Assembly (NCBI GenBank): GCA_018656555.1
Contig: JABHZQ010000012.1
Location: 28,080 to 92,079, forward strand
Reading direction: 5' to 3'
Origin: an archaeon
Lineage (GTDB): Archaea; Nanobdellota; Nanobdellia; SCGC-AAA011-G17; GW2011-AR17
Length of the DNA: 64,000 nt
The position numbers and the translations under genes are program-made. Positions 57,127-64,000 of this stretch are shown here, piece by piece (positions within the stretch are counted from its first letter, which is position 1; every line of letters begins with the position of its first letter). Below the pieces are notes generated by a model. It was not told where the DNA came from. It worked only from the letters and a program-made list of their open reading frames with translations, and searched no databases.

Positions 57127-57891
57127 ATGGTAAGAGACCACAAATCAAAAAATAGATCTAGAAAAAGGGGAGAGAGTGGAATTAGTCAAGACAAGAGTTT
57201 TGATATGGAAGCTTGGCAACCTAAAACAGAAATAGGAAAGAAAGTTAAGAAAGGTGAAATCGTCAGTATTGATGAAGTGTTGGATAGAGGCCAGAGAATT
57301 TTAGAAGCTGGAATAGTTGATGCTCTTTTACCAGATCTACAGGCAGATTTAATTGAAGTTGGACAATCAAAGGGTAAGTTTGGTGGGGGTAAGAGTAGTA
57401 TTTGGAGACAAACCCAGAAAAAATCTAAAGAAGGAAATAAACCTTCATTTGGTACTGTTGCTGTTGTTGGTGATGGAAATGGTTATGTTGGAATTGGTAG
57501 AGGTAAAGCTAAAGAAACTGTTCCTGCAAGAGAAAAAGCAACAAGACAAGCAAAATTAAACTTAATTAAAATCAAGAGGGGTTGTGGCTCATGGGAATGT
57601 GGTTGTGGTATGGCCCATTCAATACCATTTAAAGTGGAAGGAAAATGTGGCTCTGTAAGAGTTGTATTAAGTCCTGCTGCTAAAGGTACAAAATTATGTG
57701 CTGAAAAAGAATGTCAAAAGATTTTGAAAATGGCAGGATTAAAAGATGTTTATGCAAAAAGTTTTGGACAAACAAAAACTAAATTGAACTTAGTTTATGC
57801 TTGTTTTGAAGCAGTTAAAAAATTAGCAACTATGAAAGTAAGTGAAAAAGATGTTAAAAGAGCTGGAATAGTTGGAGGCAGAAATGAATAG
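57127..57891 (+). CDS. rps5: Ribosomal protein S5
   Basis: dsRBD-like N-terminal domain; 'VGDGNGYVGIGRGKAKE' S5 signature. Confidence 0.85.
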   Translation: MVRDHKSKNRSRKRGESGISQDKSFDMEAWQPKTEIGKKVKKGEIVSIDEVLDRGQRILEAGIVDALLPDLQADLIEVGQSKGKFGGGKSSIWRQTQKKSKEGNKPSFGTVAVVGDGNGYVGIGRGKAKETVPAREKATRQAKLNLIKIKRGCGSWECGCGMAHSIPFKVEGKCGSVRVVLSPAAKGTKLCAEKECQKILKMAGLKDVYAKSFGQTKTKLNLVYACFEAVKKLATMKVSEKDVKRAGIVGGRNE

Positions 57892-58354
57892 AATTGTTAT
57901 TGTAAGGATTAGAGGAAAGAACCATGTTCAGAAAAAAGTAGCTGATACTCTAAAAATGTTGAGGCTTTACAAACCAAATGGTTGTGTTGTTGTACCTAAT
58001 AATCCAATATATCTTGGAATGATAAAGAAAGCTAAAGACTATATCACTTGGGGTGAAATTGATCAAGAGACTTTTACTATACTATTAACAAAGAGAGGTA
58101 AAATTATGGGAGATAAACCTCTTGAAGAAACTTATCTAAAAGAAAAAACAAAATTAGGATTTTCAGAATTCATAAAAGAATATTTCGAAGGTAAAAAAGA
58201 ACTAAAAGATATTCCGGGATTCAAAACATTCTTTAGACTATGTCCACCTTCCAAAGGATATGAACGGAAGGGTATTAAAAAACCATTTAGTATGGGTGGA
58301 GCTTTAGGATATAGAAAGGAAAAGATTAATGATTTAGTCAAAAGGATGATGTAA
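57872..58354 (+). CDS. rpl30: Ribosomal protein L30
   Basis: 'IVIVRIRGKNHVQKKVADTLKMLRL' L30 signature. Confidence 0.8.
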   Translation: MEAEMNRIVIVRIRGKNHVQKKVADTLKMLRLYKPNGCVVVPNNPIYLGMIKKAKDYITWGEIDQETFTILLTKRGKIMGDKPLEETYLKEKTKLGFSEFIKEYFEGKKELKDIPGFKTFFRLCPPSKGYERKGIKKPFSMGGALGYRKEKINDLVKRMM

Positions 58355-58355
58355 G

Positions 58356-58790
58356 ATGAAGCATAAGACAAAGAAAGATAGAAGATTAAGAGGAAGTAAA
58401 ACTCATGGTTGGGGTAGTATGAAAAAGCATAGAGGTGCTGGAAATAGGGGTGGGAGAGGAAAGGCTGGTACAGGTAAGAGAGCAGATACTAAAAAGCCAA
58501 CAATAATTAATTTATTTGGTAATGATTACTTTGGAAAGACTGGATTTACCAGTAAAATGAGAAAAATAGTTCGGAGTATTAATGTTTGTGAAGTGCAAGA
58601 CCGGGTGGAAAAAGGAATTCTAACAAATACTATTAATCTAAAAGAAATAGGTTACAATAAGCTGTTAGGAAAGGGCAATGTTAGTGGTAAATTAAACATT
58701 ACAGTAGAATCAGCATCAGTGAGAGCAATAGAAAAGATTAAAAAAGCTGGCGGTAATGTAGAATTATTAATACCAAATAAAGAAAAATAA
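58356..58790 (+). CDS. rpl15: Ribosomal protein L15
   Basis: '…RGSKTHGWGSMKKHRGAGNRGGRGKAGTGKR' L15 glycine-rich signature. Confidence 0.85.
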   Translation: MKHKTKKDRRLRGSKTHGWGSMKKHRGAGNRGGRGKAGTGKRADTKKPTIINLFGNDYFGKTGFTSKMRKIVRSINVCEVQDRVEKGILTNTINLKEIGYNKLLGKGNVSGKLNITVESASVRAIEKIKKAGGNVELLIPNKEK

Positions 58791-58792
58791 AA

Positions 58793-60196
58793 ATGTCTTT
58801 TTTAAGCAACCTAAGTATGAACTTGCCAGAGGTTAAAGGACCCCTGCAAAAGAGGCTAGCATTTAAAGAAAAATTAAAGTGGACTTTAATTGTTCTTGTT
58901 GCATTCTTCCTTCTAGGTATTATTCCTTTGTATGGTCTAGGTGAGAATGCCTTATCCCAATTTGAATTTTTATCTATTATTTTAGGGGCTAAGTTTGGTT
59001 CTATTATCTCTTTAGGTATTGGGCCTCTTGTTACTGCTTCTATTGTATTACAATTGTTGAATGGGTCTGGAATAATTAATTTTGATCTAACAACTCCAGA
59101 AGGTAAAAAGAATTTTCAAGGTTTACAGAAATTGTTGGCTTTGTTCTTTATAATATTTGAAGCTTTTATCTATGTATTTATGGGTGGATTGGCACCGTCT
59201 GCAACTTTAGCCCCCAGTGCATTTTTAACAATGCAGTTTATTTTAGTTGGGCAACTGATTGTGGGAGGTATTTTAATTATGTTTATGGATGAAATTATAA
59301 GCAAATGGGGATTTGGTTCAGGTATCTCCTTGTTTATTGCTGCAGGAGTTTCATCTGAGATTTTTATTAGAGCTTTTAGTCCCTTAACAACAGCAGGAAC
59401 ATGGGCTTTTGGTTCTGGTCAAGCTCCAGTTGGGAAAGTTTGGGTTTTATTCCTAAGTTTAGCAGGAAGAAATCCAGTTGGTGCTCTTTTAGCATTCTCA
59501 GCAATATTGGCTACTGTTGTTGTTTTTGTTATGAGTGTTTATGGTCAAGCAATGAAAGTAGAAATTCCATTATCTTTTGGTAGGATTAGAGGGCATGGAA
59601 TAAGATGGCCATTAAATTTTATTTATACTTCTAACATTCCAGTTATTTTAGTTGCTGCCTTGTTAGCTAATGTCCAATTATGGGCAAGATTACTCGAAAA
59701 TTGGGGGTATGCTATTCTGGGTACCTTTTCTGGGGGAACTCCCGCCAGTGGATTTGTTTTATGGGTTTCTCCACCAAACTTGGTTGAAAAAATAATTACC
59801 GGAGGAATTGTACCTATGGACTTTGCACATGCAGGAGTTTATGTTTTACTAATGGTGGGTGGAGCAGTTATATTTAGTCTATTTTGGATGCAAACAGCAG
59901 GAATGGATGCTAAGAGTCAGGCTAGACAGATGATGGCTTCAGGTTTACAAATTCCAGGCTTTAGAAGAGACCTAAGAGTATTAGAAACTGTTTTAAACAG
60001 ATATATTATGCCTTTAACTATTATGGGTGGAGCTCTTGTGGGAATATTAGCTTCGAGTGCAGATTTATTGGGTGCTTTAAGTTATGGAACTGGAATATTA
60101 TTAGCAGTTATGATTATCTATAAACTATATGAGGAGATTGCTAATCAACACATGATGGATATGCATCCTGCGTTGAGGAAAATGATGGAAAAATAA
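58793..60196 (+). CDS. secY: Preprotein translocase subunit SecY
   Basis: 10-TM protein at the end of the r-protein cluster; 'GIGPLVTASIVLQLL' TM2 plug region. Confidence 0.9.
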   Translation: MSFLSNLSMNLPEVKGPLQKRLAFKEKLKWTLIVLVAFFLLGIIPLYGLGENALSQFEFLSIILGAKFGSIISLGIGPLVTASIVLQLLNGSGIINFDLTTPEGKKNFQGLQKLLALFFIIFEAFIYVFMGGLAPSATLAPSAFLTMQFILVGQLIVGGILIMFMDEIISKWGFGSGISLFIAAGVSSEIFIRAFSPLTTAGTWAFGSGQAPVGKVWVLFLSLAGRNPVGALLAFSAILATVVVFVMSVYGQAMKVEIPLSFGRIRGHGIRWPLNFIYTSNIPVILVAALLANVQLWARLLENWGYAILGTFSGGTPASGFVLWVSPPNLVEKIITGGIVPMDFAHAGVYVLLMVGGAVIFSLFWMQTAGMDAKSQARQMMASGLQIPGFRRDLRVLETVLNRYIMPLTIMGGALVGILASSADLLGALSYGTGILLAVMIIYKLYEEIANQHMMDMHPALRKMMEK

Positions 60197-60639
60197 TGGC
60201 ATGGAATTCGTTTTTAGATCCTGTAATGGGACCAGTTATGAATTTACCTAATCCTTGGAATCTTTTATTGATTAGTTTTATTCTTACAGCTATAATTACC
60301 CTACTGTATAAGTTTCTAACTGATCAAAAGCTGATGAAGGAACTTAAAGCTGAGATGAAAGGTTATCAAAAAGAGATGAAAGATTTTAAAGATGATCCTA
60401 AAAAAATGATGGAAGTTCAGAAACTGGCTATGGAAAAGAACATGAAATACATGTTGCAAAGTCTGAAGCCTACTTTGTTTACTTTTATTCCAATTATTTT
60501 TATCTTTAGTTGGTTAAGAACTTATTATACAGATTTGGGTAATCCAGATGTGTTACTGGGATTAGGATGGATTTGGATTTATATTATATTCTCAATAGTT
60601 GTAAGTTTAACTCTTAGAAAGGTATTAAAGATTCATTAA
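60196..60639 (+). CDS. DUF106-family membrane protein (archaeal YidC/Oxa1/EMC3-like insertase)
   Basis: Three TM helices with a central coiled-coil cytosolic loop 'KLMKELKAEMKGYQKEMKDFKDDPKKMMEVQKLAMEKNMK'. Its position right after secY is the canonical archaeal one. Confidence 0.65.
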   Translation: MAWNSFLDPVMGPVMNLPNPWNLLLISFILTAIITLLYKFLTDQKLMKELKAEMKGYQKEMKDFKDDPKKMMEVQKLAMEKNMKYMLQSLKPTLFTFIPIIFIFSWLRTYYTDLGNPDVLLGLGWIWIYIIFSIVVSLTLRKVLKIH

Positions 60640-60972
60640 GGTGTTATTGTCCCACCATACCTTGCAATTCTACAATAATATAATGCTTTATCACTCGGGG
60701 ATTGGTAGGGACAGGAATGTTTGCTCAATAAACAATAGTCTATTCTATCAGGACCAGTTAGTACTTTCTTTCCAGTATGGAGACAGTCATTTACTTGATT
60801 ATCCAAGCTTTTCCAATCAATTTGTGGTAATCTTTTAATATTTAGAAGGAGCGCTCATCACTATTTTTCACTCCCTGCATTATTGAGCAATAAGATTGAA
60901 AGTTGGAGTTTTATTTATAAGCTTTTTTGATAGGACGAAAGGTTTATAAAGGGAACAAATTTTTGTGTGTGT

Positions 60973-61236
60973 ATGCCAAAAGCAAGATTACGAAATAAAA
61001 CATTTAGAAAAGTTAGGGTCAAAGTACCTACTGGTGTGACTACACACTATAAGAGGAGAACCCCTGCAAAGGCAAAATGTGCTAAGTGTGGAAAGGCATT
61101 ACTAGCTGTACCAAATAAAATTCCATCTAAGATGCAAAATATGCCAAAAACAGCCAAGAGACCAGAAAGGCCTTATGGTGGAAATTTATGTTCTAAATGT
61201 ATGAGAATAGTTATTAAAGAGGGAATTAGAAAATGA
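60973..61236 (+). CDS. rpl34e: Ribosomal protein L34e
   Basis: 'MPKARLRNKTFRKVRVKVPTG…CAKCGK…' L34e Zn ribbon. The ORF track's 2-codon upstream extension is unlikely. Confidence 0.8.
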   Translation: MPKARLRNKTFRKVRVKVPTGVTTHYKRRTPAKAKCAKCGKALLAVPNKIPSKMQNMPKTAKRPERPYGGNLCSKCMRIVIKEGIRK

Positions 61237-61574
61237 TAGAGATTGGAAGAGTTTGTGTTAAGATTGCAGGTAGAGATGCTGGAAGGAAGGCAGTTATAAT
61301 TGATATTCTTGATGATAATTATGTTATGATAGATGGTGAAGTTAGAAGGAGAAAATGTAATATTGCACATTTAGAACCCTTAAAAGAAAAAGTTGAAATT
61401 AAAAAAAATGCTTCTTCAGATGAAGTTTGTAAGATCCTAAATATTAAACCCAAAAAAAGTAAAGATAAGAAAGAGAAAACAGAGAGACCAAGAAGAAAGA
61501 GAATTAATAAAAAAGAGTTAGCAAAAGAGGAAGATAAAAAGGGAAAGAAAGCTAAGAAAAATGAATCAAAATAA
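61233..61574 (+). CDS. rpl14e: Ribosomal protein L14e
   Basis: KOW-like 'IEIGRVCVKIAGRDAGRKAVIIDILDDNYVMIDG' with a basic C-terminal tail. Confidence 0.75.
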   Translation: MIEIGRVCVKIAGRDAGRKAVIIDILDDNYVMIDGEVRRRKCNIAHLEPLKEKVEIKKNASSDEVCKILNIKPKKSKDKKEKTERPRRKRINKKELAKEEDKKGKKAKKNESK

Positions 61575-61968
61575 TGTTCTTGAAGGTTATCAAAATATGC
61601 AGGAGTTCAATAATCAACTTCAAGCAATGCAACAACAAGTAGATGTTCTTGAAAAACAAACTGTTGAATTAAATACTGTAAAAGAAGGCCTAGATAGTAT
61701 TGAGCAATGTAATGGTGATGAGGAAATTTTAATTCCCTTAGGTTCAGGTATTTTTTTGAAGGGGGGAATTAAAGATAAAGCCCAAGTTACTATGAATGTT
61801 GGTGCAGGGATTGTTGTAGAAAAAAGTATTTCTGGAGCCTTGAAATTAGTTGAAGAACAAATTGTTAAAATGGGCAGTTTTAAAGAAGAATTGACCAAAG
61901 AAATGGGTGAAATTTCTATGACCCTGCAAAAATTGCAACTAGAGATGCAAAAAACACAGAAAGAATAG
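61561..61968 (+). CDS. pfdA: Prefoldin alpha subunit
   Basis: Coiled coil, two beta hairpins ('ILIPLGSGIFLKG', 'VTMNVGAGIVVEKS'), coiled coil. Confidence 0.7.
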   Translation: MNQNNVLEGYQNMQEFNNQLQAMQQQVDVLEKQTVELNTVKEGLDSIEQCNGDEEILIPLGSGIFLKGGIKDKAQVTMNVGAGIVVEKSISGALKLVEEQIVKMGSFKEELTKEMGEISMTLQKLQLEMQKTQKE

Positions 61969-61999
61969 ATAAAAGCTTAAATATTTCTTTTGATTATGG

Positions 62000-63310
62000 T
62001 TGATTATGGTTGATAGCACTTATCTTAGATTCTATTCTAGGAAGGAAGTTCAAGAGAAAATCTTAGAATTAGCTAAAGATAGAGAGATAGGAGTTATGTT
62101 TAACCAGGGATTTGGTAAGAGACCAGATATACTTCAGTTTCCAGGAGATATTATGGAATTAGCAAGGAAAGGGGCTACTTCTTTTCATGTATCTGAGGAG
62201 AGATGGAAAGAACCCTTAGATTTAGTGCCAGGTATGACTAAGAGAAGTCTAGATGAAAATAGAAAAGGATGGGATTTGATATTAGATATTGATACTATCT
62301 ATTGGGATTATGCAAAATGGACTGCTTATTATCTTATAGAAGCTTTAAGATTTAATGATATTCATTCTATCTCGGTTAAATTTTCTGGTTCAAAAGGATT
62401 TCATTTAGGTATTCCTTTTGAGGCTTTTCCCGACGAGGTTAATGGTATTGAAACAAAAAACTTGTTTCCAGATGGTCTAAGAGTTATTGCTCTATACCTT
62501 CAAGAAATGATTAGAGATATGTTGGTAGCAAAGATTTTGGAGAAGAATAATATATCTGGTTTAATAAGTAGTACAGGGAAGAAAAGGGATGAACTTGTGA
62601 AGGATGGGCAATTAGATCCTTTTGTTTTAATTGATATTGATACTGTTTTGATATCTAATAGACATTTGTTTAGATGTGCTTATTCCCTCCATGAAAAAAC
62701 TCAACTAGTTTCATTACCAATTGATCCAGATAGTGTTTTAAAATTTGAGAAAAGTTTTGCAGATCCAGAAAAAATAAAAGCGTTTAGAGGTTTTTTGGAA
62801 AGAAAGAATGTGAATAAGAATGAAGCTAGAAATTTATTAATTCAGGCATTTGATTGGCATTCTAGACAGAATCTAAAAAATAAATCTATTGAAATTAAAA
62901 TAGACAGAGAATTTAAACTTCCAGAGAATGCAATTGATGAAGAGTTTTTTCCTGCATGTGTTACAAAGATCTTAGAAGGGAAGATGGAAGATGGGAAGAA
63001 AAGAGCTTTGTTTATTTTATGTAATTTTCTTAGGAAGATGGGTTGGAAATGGGATGATATTGAAAAAAGAGTTAAGGAATGGAATGACAAAAATCCAGAT
63101 CCATTAAAAGAAGCTTACCTTCGGGGGCAAGTATCTTGGCATAGAAAAAGGAAGGATGGAATTTTACCCCCTAATTGTTCTAATTCAATGTATTATAAAG
63201 ATTTGAGAATTTGTTGTAATAGTAAAGTTTGTGAAAGATATAAGAATCCTGTAAATTTTGCTTTGAAACAGTCTAAAAGAAAAAAAGTGAGGAAGAAGAT
63301 TAAAAAATGA
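62000..63310 (+). CDS. priS: DNA primase catalytic subunit PriS with a C-terminal Cys-containing helical PriL-CTD-like extension (fused compact primase)
   Basis: PriS catalytic motifs 'LILDIDT' (metal-binding DxD) and 'SGSKGFHL'. The C-terminal ~150 aa is helical with Cys residues (PACVTK…, CNFLRK…, NCSN…CCNSKVCERY). The start is ambiguous (TTG 62000 or ATG 62006) inside a 10-nt tandem duplication 'tgattatggt' x2. Confidence 0.65.
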   Translation: MIMVDSTYLRFYSRKEVQEKILELAKDREIGVMFNQGFGKRPDILQFPGDIMELARKGATSFHVSEERWKEPLDLVPGMTKRSLDENRKGWDLILDIDTIYWDYAKWTAYYLIEALRFNDIHSISVKFSGSKGFHLGIPFEAFPDEVNGIETKNLFPDGLRVIALYLQEMIRDMLVAKILEKNNISGLISSTGKKRDELVKDGQLDPFVLIDIDTVLISNRHLFRCAYSLHEKTQLVSLPIDPDSVLKFEKSFADPEKIKAFRGFLERKNVNKNEARNLLIQAFDWHSRQNLKNKSIEIKIDREFKLPENAIDEEFFPACVTKILEGKMEDGKKRALFILCNFLRKMGWKWDDIEKRVKEWNDKNPDPLKEAYLRGQVSWHRKRKDGILPPNCSNSMYYKDLRICCNSKVCERYKNPVNFALKQSKRKKVRKKIKK

Positions 63311-63594
63311 CTGAAGGAACAGAAGATAATTTTACTTACTTTTTAATGACTTTAAGTGGGTATGCTGTTACAAGGGCTGTGGATGAGAGTGTGGGGGTTG
63401 GTTATTATCACATTATTGATCCAAGAAAAATAGAAGAAGGAGAACCTCTTGAAATTAAGCAAGCATTTCATTTGGGCCCATTTAGACATGAAACCTTAGA
63501 AGGTATAATGGGAGAGTTAAAAGAATTTGTTGAAAGAGAGAAGACAGGGACGAGGTTTTTAGGTGGAGTATTTCATGGCCCAGAAAATTTATGA
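63307..63594 (+). CDS. Hypothetical protein (95 aa) coupled between the primase and the Cas4-like nuclease
   Basis: ATGA overlaps at both ends; no recognisable motif. Confidence 0.3.
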   Translation: MTEGTEDNFTYFLMTLSGYAVTRAVDESVGVGYYHIIDPRKIEEGEPLEIKQAFHLGPFRHETLEGIMGELKEFVEREKTGTRFLGGVFHGPENL

Positions 63595-64000
63595 TGTTAA
63601 GTGTTACTTATTTGTGTTCATATCTTTATTGCCCTAGAAAGTTATATCTTAATTTAGTTCTTGGTTTACAAGAAAAAGTAAAAGATGTTACAATTAAGGG
63701 GAAGATAAGACATGGTGCTTATGAACTTGCTTCTAGAAGAGAAAAAGAAGTGATTGTTGGTTTAGATTCTAAAAAAAGATATGAAGAGTTTGAGATGGAT
63801 TTTAGGAGAATGTATAATAAGGTTTTGATGTGGTTGATTTCACAAAATAAAAAAGAGGTTGATTCTGTGGGTTTGAAGACATTAGATTTGTATAAAGAAT
63901 TATGGCCTTTATTTGTTATTGAATGTAGGGAAAGAAGTCTAGAAGTTTTTGAGTTTGCACAGAAAAATAGTGTTTTTGGAGAGGATCTTTGGTTTAAGTT
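63591..64000 (+). CDS. Cas4-like / DUF83 RecB-family nuclease (5' portion; continues beyond the window)
   Basis: The translation 'MMLSVTYLCSYLYCPRKLYLNLVLGLQEKVKDVTIKGKIRHGAYE…' carries the Cas4 N-terminal YxCPRK(L/F)(Y/W) motif followed by G…H. Not in the ORF track because it runs off the window end. Confidence 0.55.
   Translation, partial: MMLSVTYLCSYLYCPRKLYLNLVLGLQEKVKDVTIKGKIRHGAYELASRREKEVIVGLDSKKRYEEFEMDFRRMYNKVLMWLISQNKKEVDSVGLKTLDLYKELWPLFVIECRERSLEVFEFAQKNSVFGEDLWFK

Noticed and set aside
60641-60838. 65-aa ORF in the gap after the YidC-like gene
   Set aside because: It has no Lys, is rich in His/Gln/Ser/Tyr, and has no RBS. The composition is unlike any confident protein in the window, so I treated the region as noncoding (see the candidate ncRNA finding).

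Overview
The window is dense, AT-rich (roughly 30-35% GC) archaeal DNA. Almost every gene has a clear archaeal identity, and the Lys/Ile/Glu-rich proteome, tight packing, 4-nt ATGA gene overlaps and missing adk/cmk in the ribosomal cluster point to a genome-reduced lineage; DPANN-like is my inference only.

Layout, in order:
- 1-5 kb: a protein-glycosylation locus with two tandem paralogous GT-C/AglB-like membrane proteins, a GT2 and a PMT/ArnT-like GT-C.
- 5-12.5 kb: a block of lipobox lipoproteins and secreted or type-II membrane proteins. It includes a secreted Cys-rich protein carrying a nitrilase-superfamily (CN-hydrolase) domain and RPA.
- 12.5-30 kb: mixed housekeeping genes. These are a phosphohexomutase, a small novel ORF translationally coupled to radA, a Zn-ribbon/aEF-1beta pair, GGR, Pelota, an EndoQ-like nuclease, PAC2, the Nop10-aIF2alpha-S27e-L44e block, GINS51-like and ApgM. 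Also here are an A24 (PibD/FlaK-like) peptidase with a nearby pilin-like surface protein, a Lys-rich tandem-repeat gene, and a Nudix gene interrupted by an in-frame TAA.
- 30-46 kb: TruD, FtsY, SRP54, Bud32, Topo VI B and A, a 621-aa LysM membrane protein next to tandem tRNA-Asn/tRNA-Ile, MetRS, several lipoproteins and a histone.
- 46.9-60.6 kb: the archaeal ribosomal-protein supercluster L3 through L15, then SecY and a DUF106 YidC-like insertase, with aSUI1 and RNase P Rpp29 embedded.
- 61-64 kb: L34e, L14e, prefoldin alpha, a primase that looks like a fused PriS plus PriL-CTD-like module, and a 5'-partial Cas4-like nuclease.

I found no CRISPR array, transposase or integrase. Nop10, S27e, the Zn-ribbon protein and the Cas4-like gene are missing from the ORF track and were found by translating the sequence directly.

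The observations I rank as most worth follow-up are:
- the LysM surface protein with an IS30-like HTH motif;
- the secreted CN-hydrolase in a lipoprotein-rich neighbourhood;
- the radA-coupled small ORF and its palindromic promoter;
- the S3-tail-derived Lys-repeat gene;
- the interrupted Nudix;
- two structured noncoding gaps;
- the fused primase / Cas4-like operon.
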